Assembly (NCBI GenBank): GCA_963794995.1
Contig: CAWCFV010000002.1
Span: 3,021,556-3,085,555, forward strand
Direction: 5' to 3'
Length of the DNA: 64,000 nucleotides
Source: an uncultured Actinomycetota bacterium
GTDB lineage: Bacteria; Actinomycetota; Actinomycetes; JACCUZ01
Part shown: positions 11,585 to 21,719 of the stretch, one piece after another
Layout of the letters: every line of letters starts with the position of its first letter
Position numbering within the stretch: position 1 is the stretch's first letter
Program-made: the position numbers and the translations under genes
The notes under the pieces: model-generated
What the model was told of the DNA's origin: nothing
What the model saw: the letters and a program-made list of their open reading frames with translations, nothing else
Database searches by the model: none

Positions 11585-14200
11585 GTGAAGGCCATCCGAC
11601 GGTTCACCGTCCGCACCGTGCTGCCCCCGGCCCTTGCCCCGCTGGGCGAGCTGGCGCTGAACCTGCGCTGGTCCTGGGACACCACGACCCAGCGCCTGTT
11701 CGAGAGCCTCGACGCCACGCTGTGGGACCAGATGGGCGGGGACCCGGTCCAGCTGCTCGGTGCTCTGGGGCCCGAGCGGCTCTCGGCCCTGGCCGACGAC
11801 CCGGCCGTGGTCGCCCGCGTCGAGGGCGTGGCGCAGGACCTGCGCGCCTACCTCGAGGGCGACCGGTGGTACCAGGGCGTCGCCGCGGCGGCGACCGGTG
11901 CCGACGACGCCGTGCCCGAGGCCATCGCCTACTTCTCGCCCGAGTACGGCATCACGGCGGCGCTTCCCCAGTACTCCGGCGGACTGGGCATCCTCGCGGG
12001 CGACCACCTCAAGGCGGCCTCCGACCTCGGCGTCCCGGTCGTCGCGGTGGGGCTGCTCTACCGGTCGGGCTACTTCGCCCAGTCGCTGTCCCGGGAGGGC
12101 TGGCAGCAGGAGCGCTACCCGGTGCTCGACCCCGACGGCCTGCCCATCTCGCTGCTGCGCGACGGCGAGGAGCCGCTCAAGGTGCAGGTCGGCCTGCCGG
12201 GCGGGCGGCGGCTGGTGGCCCAGGTGTGGCGGGCGCAGGTCGGCCGGGTGCCGCTGCTGCTGCTCGACTCCGACGTCGAGGACAACGAGCCGGCCGAGCG
12301 TGACGTCACCGACCGCCTCTACGGCGGCGGGAGCGAGCACCGGCTGCTCCAGGAGATGCTGCTCGGGATCGGCGGCGTGCGCGCCCTGCGCGCCTTCAGC
12401 CGGATCACCGGCGCTCCCGCGCCGGACGTGTTCCACACCAACGAGGGCCATGCCGGCTTCCTCGGCGTCGAGCGGATCCGCGAGCTCACCGAGGACCATG
12501 GGCTGGACTTCGACGAGGCCGTCGAGGCAGCTCGCTCGGCGACGCTGTTCACCACGCACACCCCGGTGCCCGCAGGCATCGACCGCTTCGCCCGCGACCT
12601 CGTCGCCCAGCACTTCGGCGGGGACAACGCCTGTCCCGGCATCCCGGTCGACCGGGTCCTCGCGCTCGGCGCCGAGGACTACGAGGGTGGCGACCCCACC
12701 GTGTTCAACATGGCGGTCATGGGGTTCCGCCTCGCCCAGCGCGCCAACGGCGTCTCCGAGCTGCACGGTCACGTCGCGCGGGAGATGTTCGCCCGGCTGT
12801 GGCCGGGCTTCGACGAGCCCGAGGTGCCGATCGGCTTCATCACCAACGGGGTGCACGCGCCGACGTGGGTGGCACCCGAGGTCTTCGCGATGGCCGGGCC
12901 CGACCTGGTCGAGAACCCGACCGTCCAGACCGCGTGGGAGGACGTGTCCCGCGTCTCCGACGCCGACATCTGGTCGGTACGCGGGCTGCTCCGTGGCCGG
13001 CTGGTGGCCGACGCCCGGCGCCGGGTGCGCCACTCCTGGGTGCAGCGCGGGGCCAGCGAGGCGGAGCTCGGCTGGGTCGACAAGGTCCTCGACCCCGACG
13101 TCCTGACGATCGGCTTCGCCCGGCGGGTGCCGTCGTACAAGCGCCTCACCCTGATGCTGCGCGACCAGGAGCGGCTCGCCGGGCTGCTGCGCCACCCCGA
13201 GCGGCCGATCCAGATCGTGATCGCCGGCAAGGCGCACCCGGCCGACGACGGCGGCAAGAAGCTGATCCAGGAGCTCGTGCGCTTCGCGGACACCCACGAC
13301 GTGCGGGACCGGATCGTCTTCCTGCCCAACTACGACATCGCGATGGCCCAGAACCTCTACCCGGGCTGCGACGTCTGGCTGAACAACCCGTTGCGCCCGC
13401 TCGAGGCGTGCGGTACCTCGGGCATGAAGGCGGCACTCAACGGCTGCCTCAACCTGTCGGTGCTCGACGGGTGGTGGGACGAGTGGTACGACGGGCACAA
13501 CGGCTGGGCGATCCCCACCGCCGACGGCGTCATCGACGCCGACCTCCGCGACGACCTCGAGGCAGCGGCGCTGTACGACCTGCTGGAGAAGACGGTCGCC
13601 CCGCTGTTCTACGACCGCGACGCGCAGGGCCTGCCGGCCCGCTGGATCGAGATGGTGCGGCACACCCTGCACACCCTCGGGCCCAAGGTGCTCGCCAGCC
13701 GGATGGTGCGCGACTACGTCGTCGAGCTGTACGCCCCGGCGTACCGGTCGGGGCAGGCGCTCAACGGCGGCTACGCCGGCGCCAAGGAGCTCGCGACATG
13801 GAAGGGCAAGGTGCGAGCCGCCTGGCCGTCCGTGCGCGTCGACCACGTCGAGACCACGGGTGTCGCCGACGCCGCGGAGGTGGGCAGCACGCTGGAGGTG
13901 CGCGCGTTCGTCTCGCTCGGCGAGCTCGCGCCCGAGGACGTCGACGTCCAGGTGGTGCACGGCCGGGTCGACGACAACGACCAGATCACCGGGACCTCCG
14001 CGGTGTCCTTGCGGCACGAGGAGGCCTACGAGGGGGGCCGGCACCGCTACACCGGCACCGTCACCCTCGACCGGCCGGGACCCTTCGGCTACACCGCCCG
14101 CGTGGTGCCGCACCACCGGCTCACGGCCTCGGCCGCCGAGCTGGGCCTGGCGGCCCTGCCCCTCGAGTCGGCCGGGATGGACAGCGGCCTCCTCCGCTAG
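11585..14200 (+). CDS. glgP: alpha-glucan (glycogen/maltodextrin) phosphorylase
   Basis: VKAIRRFTVR start, YFSPEYG, YSGGLGILAGDHLK, NEGHAGF, GFARRVPSYKR and EACGTSGMK (PLP-binding Lys). Intact reading frame. Confidence 0.95.
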   Translation: MKAIRRFTVRTVLPPALAPLGELALNLRWSWDTTTQRLFESLDATLWDQMGGDPVQLLGALGPERLSALADDPAVVARVEGVAQDLRAYLEGDRWYQGVAAAATGADDAVPEAIAYFSPEYGITAALPQYSGGLGILAGDHLKAASDLGVPVVAVGLLYRSGYFAQSLSREGWQQERYPVLDPDGLPISLLRDGEEPLKVQVGLPGGRRLVAQVWRAQVGRVPLLLLDSDVEDNEPAERDVTDRLYGGGSEHRLLQEMLLGIGGVRALRAFSRITGAPAPDVFHTNEGHAGFLGVERIRELTEDHGLDFDEAVEAARSATLFTTHTPVPAGIDRFARDLVAQHFGGDNACPGIPVDRVLALGAEDYEGGDPTVFNMAVMGFRLAQRANGVSELHGHVAREMFARLWPGFDEPEVPIGFITNGVHAPTWVAPEVFAMAGPDLVENPTVQTAWEDVSRVSDADIWSVRGLLRGRLVADARRRVRHSWVQRGASEAELGWVDKVLDPDVLTIGFARRVPSYKRLTLMLRDQERLAGLLRHPERPIQIVIAGKAHPADDGGKKLIQELVRFADTHDVRDRIVFLPNYDIAMAQNLYPGCDVWLNNPLRPLEACGTSGMKAALNGCLNLSVLDGWWDEWYDGHNGWAIPTADGVIDADLRDDLEAAALYDLLEKTVAPLFYDRDAQGLPARWIEMVRHTLHTLGPKVLASRMVRDYVVELYAPAYRSGQALNGGYAGAKELATWKGKVRAAWPSVRVDHVETTGVADAAEVGSTLEVRAFVSLGELAPEDVDVQVVHGRVDDNDQITGTSAVSLRHEEAYEGGRHRYTGTVTLDRPGPFGYTARVVPHHRLTASAAELGLAALPLESAGMDSGLLR

Positions 14201-14222
14201 CCGTTCTGCCCACCCGCACAAC

Positions 14223-14294
14223 CTCGTTTGCGACATCAGTCCCCGACACGCCGGGCGAAGCCCCGGCGTGTCGGGGACCCAGGTCGCAAACGAG
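14223..14294. repeat. two-tier palindrome (12-bp outer stem, 4x4 internal loop, 17-bp inner stem) between convergent glgP and glgX
   Basis: 14223-14234 pairs with 14283-14294, and 14239-14255 pairs with 14262-14278. Both stems are perfect. Confidence 0.85.
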
Positions 14295-14314
14295 CGCCGT
14301 GGGGGCGGGCACCG

Positions 14315-16411
14315 TCAGGGGTGGGCGGCCAGCACGAGCGTGGTCCGGCCGGGCAGGACGAGGTCGGCCCCGCCGTCGTGGCACGCCCCGGCCCGGGGGT
14401 GCTCGTCGGAGGTGTCGAGCAGGACGTCGTACGTCCGGCCCCACGCCTTGCCCGGGAGCCGGACGACGACCTCGTCGGCGCCGGTGTTGAGCAGCACGAG
14501 CAGCGGGACGGGTGCCGGGCCGTCCGGCTGGTACCTGTCCGGCCGGCCGGACAGGTACATGCCGAGCACCCGGAGGTCGTGGTCGAACCACCGCTCGGGC
14601 GACATCTCCTGCCCGTCGGCACCGAACCACGCCAGGTCCGTGGTGCCGTCGGCGTGGGCGGGGCGTCCCTCGAACACCTCGTCGTGGCGCAGTGCCGGGT
14701 GGTCGCGGCGCAGGGCGAGCAGCGCCCGGGTCCACTCCAGCAGGTCACGCTGCCAGGGCTCGTGGGCCCACGACAGCCACGACGTGGCGTCGTCGAGGCA
14801 GTACGCGTTGTTGTTGCCGTCCTGGGTCCGGCCGGTCTCGTCGCCGGCGACGAGCATCGGCACGCCGGTCGACACCAGCAGCGTCGTGAGCAGGTTGCGC
14901 ATCATCCGCCGCCGCAGCGCCAGCACGCCGGCGTCACCGGTCGGGCCCTCCGCCCCGCAGCCCCAGCTGTGGTTGTTGTCGGTGCCGTCCCGGTTGTCCT
15001 CGCCGTTCGCCTCGTTGTGCTTGTGGTCGTACGAGACCACGTCGTGCAGGGTGAAGCCGTCGTGCGCGGTGACGAAGTTGACCGAGGCGAGCGGGCCACG
15101 CGTGGCGAACACGTCCGAGGAGCCGGACAGCCGGTAGGCCAGGTCGCGGACCCCGCCGGAGTGGCTGCGCGCCCCGAGCCAGGCGTCGCGCACCGTGTCG
15201 CGGTACCGGTCGTTCCACTCCGCCCACGGGGCGGGGAACGCGCCGAGCTGGTAGCCGCCCGGGCCGACGTCCCAGGGCTCGGCGACCAGCTTGACCCGGG
15301 AGAGCACGGGGTCCTGGGCGACCACCGACAGGAACGTCCCGTCCGGCTCGAACCCGTCGTCGCCGCGGGCCAGCGCCGGTGCCAGGTCGAAGCGGAACCC
15401 GTCGACGTGCATCTCCTCGACCCAGTAGCGCAGCGAGTCGGTGACCATCGCGAGGGTCCGGGGGTGCCGCAGGTCCAGGCTGTTGCCGCAGCCGGTGACG
15501 TCGAGGTAGCGCCGGCCACCCGCCAGCCGGTAGTACGCCGCGTTGTCCAGGCCGCGCCACGAGAGGGTCGGGCCGTCGGCACCACCCTCGGCCGTGTGGT
15601 TGTACACGACGTCGAGCAGCACCTCGAGCCCGGCCGAGTGCAGGGCCCGGACCATGTCCCGGAACTCGGTCACCTGCTGGCCGCGCGCCCCTGACGCGGC
15701 ATAGGCCGCGTGCGGCGCGAAGAAGCCGAGCGTGTTGTAGCCCCAGTAGTTCGTCAGGCCGCGGCGCAGCAGTGTCGGCTCACTGACCATCTCCTGCACC
15801 GGGAGCAGCTCGACGGTCGTGACGCCGAGCGAGACGAGGTGCTCGACCGCGGCGGGGTGCGCCAGCCCGGCGTAGGTCCCGCGGAGGGCGTCGGGGACGC
15901 CGGGGTGCAGGGCGGTGAAGCCCTTCACGTGGGTCTCGTAGACCACGGTGTCGGCCCAGGGGACCTCCGGCCGGCGGTCGCCCTGCCAGTCGTAGCCGGG
16001 GTGGAACACGACCGAGTGCGGGACGAACGCCGCCGAGTCGCGGCCGTCCGGCGTGCGGTCGTCGGCGCCGGGCGCCGGGCCGAGCACCGCCGGGTCGAGG
16101 TGCAGCGTGCCGTCGACGGCCCGCGCGTACGGGTCGAGCAGGAGCTTGGCGGGGTCGAACCGGTGGCCGTGCCCGGGGTCCCACGGCCCGCTCACGCGGT
16201 AGCCGTAGCGCTGCCCCGGCCGGACGCCGGGGACGTGTCCGTGCCACACGTCGCCGGTGCGCTCGGTCAGTGCCACCCGCCGCTCGCCGCCGTCGTCGTC
16301 GAGCAGGCACAGGTCCACCGCGTCGCCCCGGCTGAACACGGCGAACGCCGTGCCGTGCTCGTCGGGATGGGCGCCGAGCCGGGGCACGAGCGGACGCGGT
16401 GGCACGGCCAC
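14315..16411 (-). CDS. glgX: glycogen debranching enzyme GlgX
   Basis: KLLLDPYARA, YETHVKGFT, NYWGYNTLGFFAPH, DVVYNHTAEG, DGFRFDLA, KLVAEPWD and NFVTAHDGFTL. Confidence 0.95.
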   Translation of the reverse strand: MAVPPRPLVPRLGAHPDEHGTAFAVFSRGDAVDLCLLDDDGGERRVALTERTGDVWHGHVPGVRPGQRYGYRVSGPWDPGHGHRFDPAKLLLDPYARAVDGTLHLDPAVLGPAPGADDRTPDGRDSAAFVPHSVVFHPGYDWQGDRRPEVPWADTVVYETHVKGFTALHPGVPDALRGTYAGLAHPAAVEHLVSLGVTTVELLPVQEMVSEPTLLRRGLTNYWGYNTLGFFAPHAAYAASGARGQQVTEFRDMVRALHSAGLEVLLDVVYNHTAEGGADGPTLSWRGLDNAAYYRLAGGRRYLDVTGCGNSLDLRHPRTLAMVTDSLRYWVEEMHVDGFRFDLAPALARGDDGFEPDGTFLSVVAQDPVLSRVKLVAEPWDVGPGGYQLGAFPAPWAEWNDRYRDTVRDAWLGARSHSGGVRDLAYRLSGSSDVFATRGPLASVNFVTAHDGFTLHDVVSYDHKHNEANGEDNRDGTDNNHSWGCGAEGPTGDAGVLALRRRMMRNLLTTLLVSTGVPMLVAGDETGRTQDGNNNAYCLDDATSWLSWAHEPWQRDLLEWTRALLALRRDHPALRHDEVFEGRPAHADGTTDLAWFGADGQEMSPERWFDHDLRVLGMYLSGRPDRYQPDGPAPVPLLVLLNTGADEVVVRLPGKAWGRTYDVLLDTSDEHPRAGACHDGGADLVLPGRTTLVLAAHP

Positions 16412-16449
16412 ACGGTAGGCGATCGGGCCCGGTGGCTACGGTGACGCCC

Positions 16450-17232
16450 ATGACCGATTCCCTCGTACGGGTCGAGGTGGCGGACGGCATCGCGACGATC
16501 CGCCTCGACCGACCTCCGATGAACGCGCTCGACGTGCAGGTGCAGGAGGAGCTGCGCGCCGCCGCGCACGAGGTGGGCGAGCGCCCCGACGTCGCGGCCG
16601 TCGTCCTCTACGGCGGCGAGAAGGTCTTCGCAGCCGGCGCGGACATCAAGGAGATGGCCACCATGACCTACGCCGACATGGTGGCGCGCTCCGGCGCGCT
16701 GCAGTCGGCGTTCACCGCGGTCGCGACGATCCCGAAGCCGGTGGTCGCCGCGGTCACCGGCTACGCGCTCGGCGGCGGCTGCGAGCTCGCCCTGTGCGCC
16801 GACTTCCGGGTCGCGGGCGACAACGCCAAGCTCGGGCAGCCGGAGATCCAGCTCGGTCTCATCCCTGGCGCCGGGGGCACCCAGCGGCTGCCGCGCCTGG
16901 TCGGGCCGGCGCGGGCGAAGGAGATCATCTTCACCGGTCGATTCGTCGACGCGCAGGAGGCGCTGGCCATCGGCCTGGTCGACCGGGTCGTCCCGGCGGA
17001 CGAGGTCTACGCGGCGGCCCGCGACATGGCGGCGCGGTTCGTCGGCGGCGCGTCCCTCGCTCTGCGCGCCGCCAAGGAGGCGGTGGACCGCGGGCTCGAG
17101 GTGGACCTCGCCAGCGGGCTCGAGCTGGAGCGGCTGCAGTTCACCGGCCTGTTCGCCACCGACGACCGGGGGATCGGGATGGCCTCGTTCGTCGAGCACG
17201 GCCCCGGCAAGGCGCGGTTCACCGGCCGGTGA
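16450..17232 (+). CDS. enoyl-CoA hydratase/isomerase family protein (EchA17-like)
   Basis: FAAGADIKEM, GYALGGGCELAL and GQPEIQLGLIPGAGGTQRLPRLVG. Confidence 0.9.
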   Translation: MTDSLVRVEVADGIATIRLDRPPMNALDVQVQEELRAAAHEVGERPDVAAVVLYGGEKVFAAGADIKEMATMTYADMVARSGALQSAFTAVATIPKPVVAAVTGYALGGGCELALCADFRVAGDNAKLGQPEIQLGLIPGAGGTQRLPRLVGPARAKEIIFTGRFVDAQEALAIGLVDRVVPADEVYAAARDMAARFVGGASLALRAAKEAVDRGLEVDLASGLELERLQFTGLFATDDRGIGMASFVEHGPGKARFTGR

Positions 17233-18179
17233 CCGACCCTGTGACCCGCACCGAGCCGTCGGCCGAGGAGGTCGAGCGCGCCTGGCGCGACCCCAAGCTC
17301 GCCAACGTGCTCTACCACGACTGGGAGGCGTCGACCTACGACGAGAAGTGGTCGATCTCCTACGACGAGCGGTGCATCGACTACGCGCGCGACCGGTTCG
17401 TGGCGGTCGCGGGACCGACCGGCTGGCCGTACGCCGACGCGTTGGAGATCGGCAGCGGCACCGGGTTCTTCCTGCTCAACCTCATGCAGGCCGGGGTGGC
17501 GACCCGGGGCCAGGTCAGCGACCTCTCCCCGGGGATGGTCGAGGCGGCCGTGCGCAACGGGACGGCCCTGGGGCTCGATGTCGGGGGCCGGGTCGCCGAC
17601 GCCGAGTCGATCCCGTACGACGACGCGTCGTTCGACCTCGTCGTCGGCCACGCCGTGCTGCACCACATCCCCGACGTCGAGCTGGCGCTGCGCGAGGTGC
17701 TGCGCGTGCTCCGGCCGGGCGGGCGCTTCGTCTTCGCCGGCGAGCCCACGACGCTCGGCGACTGGTACGCACGCCGGCTGGGCCGGCTCACCTGGGCGGC
17801 GACCACCCGCGTCACCCGCCTCGGGCCGCTCCGGCAGCGCTGGTCACGTCCGCCGGAGGAGCTCGCGGACTCGTCGAGGGCGGCGGCACTGGAGTCCGTG
17901 GTCGACGTGCACACGTTCGACCCGCGCGACCTCGCCGCGACCGCGCTGCGGGCCGGCGCCGTCGACGTCCGCACCACGACCGAGGAGCTGACCGCCGCCT
18001 TCCTGGGCTGGCCGGTCCGGACCTTCGAGGCCGCCGTCAACCCGGAGCGGCTGGGCTGGGGGTGGGCGATGTTCGCCTACCGGTCGTGGCAACGGCTCTC
18101 CGCGGTCGACCGCGCCCTGGGGCGGGTCCTGCCGCAGCGGCTGTTCTACAACGTGCTGCTCACCGGGACCCGGCCGTGA
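17229..18179 (+). CDS. class I SAM-dependent methyltransferase (Rv3038c-like)
   Basis: DPKLANVLYHDWEASTYDEKWSISYD, ALEIGSGTGFF, DLVVGHAVLHHIPD and LRPGGRFVFAGEP. Overlaps the echA stop codon. Confidence 0.85.
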   Translation: MTDPVTRTEPSAEEVERAWRDPKLANVLYHDWEASTYDEKWSISYDERCIDYARDRFVAVAGPTGWPYADALEIGSGTGFFLLNLMQAGVATRGQVSDLSPGMVEAAVRNGTALGLDVGGRVADAESIPYDDASFDLVVGHAVLHHIPDVELALREVLRVLRPGGRFVFAGEPTTLGDWYARRLGRLTWAATTRVTRLGPLRQRWSRPPEELADSSRAAALESVVDVHTFDPRDLAATALRAGAVDVRTTTEELTAAFLGWPVRTFEAAVNPERLGWGWAMFAYRSWQRLSAVDRALGRVLPQRLFYNVLLTGTRP

Positions 18180-18197
18180 CCCCGACGCGATGACGCG

Positions 18198-18948
18198 ATG
18201 ACCCGGGGCAGCGGCGCGCCGCGCCCGCGACCGGCGGCAGGTCCCGCTGCACCGGTTCGTGTCCCCGAGCAGCCTGCGGTGGGTCGTCCGGCACCGGGCG
18301 GTGACGCCGTACTACCTCGTGCGCTACCTGCGGTTCCTCCGGCTGCGGCTGCGCCACCCGGAGGTGGTCACCGAGGGCTTCGTGTTCCTCGGCCGGGACG
18401 TCGAGGTCGTCGCCCGGCCCGGCTACGGGCGGGTCGTGCTCGGCCGGTGGGTGCACCTGGGCGACCGGTGCTCGGTGCGCGCCCACGAGGGGACGCTGCG
18501 GATCGGGGACAAGACGGTGCTGGGCCGGGAGGTCACGCTCAACTGCTACCTGGAGGTCGAGCTCGGACCCCGGTGCCTCGTCGCCGACTGGGTCTACGTC
18601 GGCGACTTCGACCACCGCTACGACGACCTGGCGACGCCGATCAAGGACCAGGGGCTGGTGAAGTCGCCCGTCCGGGTCGGTGCGGACGTCTGGGTCGGCG
18701 TCAAGGCGTCGGTGCTGCGCGGCGCCCAGGTGGGGGACGGCTGCGTCCTCGCGGCGCACACCGTGGTCAAGGGCGAGGTCGCGCCAGGCAGCGTCGTGGC
18801 CGGTGTGCCGGGGCGGGTGGTGCGGGACCGGGGCGAGACCTGGGCCGCGGCGGCCGCGCACCGGGACGCGCTGGCCGACATGGCCCGCAAGCACGAACGC
18901 GCGGGGCGCGGCGGCCGCCCGGCAGAGGGCCGGCCGGACCGGCGCTAG
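18198..18948 (+). CDS. hexapeptide-repeat acyltransferase (Rv3034c-like); start uncertain (GTG 18259, or ATG 18198 with a probable 1-nt insertion)
   Basis: SLRWVVRHRAVTPYYLVRY, left-handed beta-helix repeats, and DFDH...PIKDQGLVKSPVRVG. Confidence 0.8.
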
Positions 18949-19154
18949 GGGCGGGGGAGGGGCGGGCGGTCGCCCCGGTCGCCCCGGTCGTCCGTCCCGA
19001 CGGGGACCGGCTGCGGGCGGGGGACGGCCAGCGCGACGGCGGTCAGCACCGCCCCGGCCGACACCGTGGTGAGCAGCACCAGCGGCAGGGCCCCGAGCAC
19101 GGCCGCCGGCGCGAAGGCGGCGACCAGGACGAGCAGTGCGGCGAGTCGGGACAC
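18945..19154 (-). CDS. small hydrophobic hypothetical protein (~69 aa)
   Basis: GTG start; RLAALLVLVAAFAPAAVLGALPLVLLTTVSAGAVLTAVAL forms two TM-like stretches. Fills the gap downstream of the GH57 gene. Confidence 0.35.
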   Translation of the reverse strand: MSRLAALLVLVAAFAPAAVLGALPLVLLTTVSAGAVLTAVALAVPRPQPVPVGTDDRGDRGDRPPLPRP

Positions 19155-19216
19155 GGGGGACCTCGCGGGGGTCAGCGGGCGGCTGGTGGGAGGCCTCTCC
19201 CCGCCCCGGCGCGGGG

Positions 19217-20728
19217 TCAAGCCCCTCGGCGCGCGGCGACCAGCATCCGGGCGTCCAGGTGGGACGCCAGCGCGGCGTCCGGGGACGGTCCCGGGTGGGC
19301 CGAACCGCCCTCGATCGCGTCGGCCAGGGCGTGGAAGCGCCGCACGTGGCCCCGGTGGCGCTCCCGGGCATAGCCGGCGGCGCTGTCGCGGGACACCATG
19401 AACGCCCAGTCGCTGGACAGGGCGAGCTGCGCCTCCCGCGCCAGGTCGTCGAGGACCGGCTGCCGGGCGGAGCCGGGGGCCACCTGCCGCCGGACGACGT
19501 CGAGCAGCCGGTCCGCGACCGACCGGGCGTCCGCGGCGAGGTCGGCGACCGGCTCGCCCGCCCACAGCCGCAGGTCCTTCCCGGCGCCCCACGAGCCGGC
19601 CGGCAGGTCCAGCGGCTCCTCCGCCTCCGCGGTCGCCGCGGCCAGCGTGGTCGTGCGCACCCCGGCCTCGGGCAGGCGGCGCAGCACCTCGCCGAGGAAC
19701 TGCGGCCCCTCGTGCCACCAGTGCCCGAACAGCTCGCTGTCCCAGGCCACGACCGCGACCGGCGCCGGCCCCCCCGGGCGCCGGGCCCGCATCCCGGCGA
19801 GCCGGTCGCGGACGGCGGCGACGAAGCGTGCGGCGTCGCGCCGGGCGGCCGCGGCCGCGGCCGCCGGGTCGTACGGCGCCTTGCGGGGGTCGTCCGGGTC
19901 GGTGACACGCGAGGGGCGCAGCCCCGTGGGGTGCACGTCGTGGAAGTCGCGGTAGGCGGCGCCACGGGGAAAGCCGGACCGCGACGACCAGACCAGGTCG
20001 GTGAGCGCCAGGTCCCGGCCCACGACGGCCACCGACGACCGGCCGGCGCGCCAGGCCCGGTCGGTGCTGCCCCCGGCGGCGACCACGGTCGCCTCGTCCA
20101 GCATCACGTGGTCGACGCCGGCCCCGGCGAGGACGGTCTCCAGCCCGGGCGCCCACGCGCACTCCGGGGCCCAGATGCCGGTCGGGCGCCGGCCGAGCCG
20201 CAGGGCGGCGTCGTCGAGGCCGCAGCGCAGGGCGAAGGCGGCCACCTCGGCCGGCAGCAGCGGGAGCACGGGATGGGTCAGCGGGCCGCCGAGCAGCTCG
20301 ACCGCGCCGGCGTCGACGAGCGGGCGCAGCACCGCCGACCCGCCGTGCCGCCAGCCCGCCTCGAACACCTCCAGCGCCTGGCTGGCGGCGCGGAACTCCT
20401 CGGCGGCGGTCCGTCGCAGCGCAGGGTCCGGGTGGCCTGCCAGCTCCTCGGCGCGCAGCCGCCACCGGCCCAGCCAGCTGTGGTGCTCGCGCAGCGCGTA
20501 GGGGTCGTCGAGCGCCGCCGCGAGCACCGGCGTCACCCCGAGGCTGAGCAGGTCGCGCCGGCCCTCCGCCGCGAGCTCGCCGAGCAGCGTCGTCAGGGGC
20601 AGGTAGCAGCCGGCCCACGCCTCGTGCAGCCACTCCTCGCCGACCGGCCAGCTCCCGTGCCGTGGCAGCCAGGGCAGGTGGGTGTGCAGGACGACGGCCA
20701 GCGTGCCGACCGGCGGGGGAGTCGTCAT
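19217..20728 (-). CDS. GH57 1,4-alpha-glucan branching enzyme (Rv3031-like, DUF1957)
   Basis: LHTHLPW (CSR1), ELLGGPLTHP, GIWAPECAW (nucleophile Glu), WDSELFGHWWHEG (acid/base Asp) and LSSDWAFM. Confidence 0.88.
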   Translation of the reverse strand: MTTPPPVGTLAVVLHTHLPWLPRHGSWPVGEEWLHEAWAGCYLPLTTLLGELAAEGRRDLLSLGVTPVLAAALDDPYALREHHSWLGRWRLRAEELAGHPDPALRRTAAEEFRAASQALEVFEAGWRHGGSAVLRPLVDAGAVELLGGPLTHPVLPLLPAEVAAFALRCGLDDAALRLGRRPTGIWAPECAWAPGLETVLAGAGVDHVMLDEATVVAAGGSTDRAWRAGRSSVAVVGRDLALTDLVWSSRSGFPRGAAYRDFHDVHPTGLRPSRVTDPDDPRKAPYDPAAAAAAARRDAARFVAAVRDRLAGMRARRPGGPAPVAVVAWDSELFGHWWHEGPQFLGEVLRRLPEAGVRTTTLAAATAEAEEPLDLPAGSWGAGKDLRLWAGEPVADLAADARSVADRLLDVVRRQVAPGSARQPVLDDLAREAQLALSSDWAFMVSRDSAAGYARERHRGHVRRFHALADAIEGGSAHPGPSPDAALASHLDARMLVAARRGA

Positions 20729-20905
20729 GGGGGTGTCGTCACGGCGGGCCAGGGTCGCACACCAGCCGGCCGAGCGGACCGCGCCGTTCGCGACGATCCT
20801 ACTGGCGGGTAACATAGCGTCCGCGCCACCCGGGCGCCGCTGCCCCGGCAGCGGCTGGCAGGGTGAGCGCGAGGTCCCCGTCACGCGAGGAGAGCCGGCA
20901 GCCGC

Positions 20906-21700
20906 ATGAACATCGTCGTCTGTGTGAAGCAGGTCCCCGACACCTGGTCGGAGAAGAAGCTCGACGCGTCGGACTCGACGCTGGACCGGGCCGCGACCGA
21001 CCCGGTGATGAACGAGATGGACGAGTACGCGGTCGAGGAGGCGCTCAGGCTCCAGGAGGCGCACGGCGGCGAGGTGACGATCCTGTGCATGGGGCCGGAC
21101 GCCGCGACCGAGACGGTGCGCAAGGCGCTGTCGATGGGCGCGGACAAGGCGATCCACGTGGTCGACGACGCCCTGCACGGCTCCGACGCGGCGGCCACCT
21201 CGCTGGCGCTGGCCAAGGCGGTCGGCACGGCCGGTGAGGTCGACCTCGTGCTGCTGGGCTCGGAGTCCTCGGACGCCCGGATGAGCGTGGTGCCAGCGAT
21301 GCTCGCCGAGCGGCTGGGGCTGCCGCAGCTGACGTTCGCGAAGGAGGTCACCGTCGACGGGTCGACGGTGACGATCAAGAGGCTGACCGACGACGGCTAC
21401 CAGGTCGTGAGTGCATCGACCCCCGCCGTGGTGAGTGTGGTGGAGAAGATCAACGAGCCGCGCTACCCGTCGTTCAAGGGGATCATGGCGGCGAAGAAGA
21501 AGCCGGTGGAGACCCTGGGCCTGGCCGACCTCGGGGTCGATGCGGGCGAGGTCGGGCTCGGTGGGGCCTGGACCCGGGTCGCCTCGTTCGAGTCCGCGCC
21601 GCCGCGGCAGGCCGGCACCGTGGTGACAGGTGAGGGCGGGGATCCCGATCTCCTGGCGGACAAGCTCGTCGAGTTCCTCGCGTCCAAGAAGTTCGTCTGA
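20906..21700 (+). CDS. etfB: electron transfer flavoprotein beta subunit
   Basis: MNIVVCVKQVPD, ALSMGADKA and NEPRYPSFKGIMAAKKK. Confidence 0.95.
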   Translation: MNIVVCVKQVPDTWSEKKLDASDSTLDRAATDPVMNEMDEYAVEEALRLQEAHGGEVTILCMGPDAATETVRKALSMGADKAIHVVDDALHGSDAAATSLALAKAVGTAGEVDLVLLGSESSDARMSVVPAMLAERLGLPQLTFAKEVTVDGSTVTIKRLTDDGYQVVSASTPAVVSVVEKINEPRYPSFKGIMAAKKKPVETLGLADLGVDAGEVGLGGAWTRVASFESAPPRQAGTVVTGEGGDPDLLADKLVEFLASKKFV

Positions 21701-21719
21701 GAAGGGCTGGTCCGAAGAC

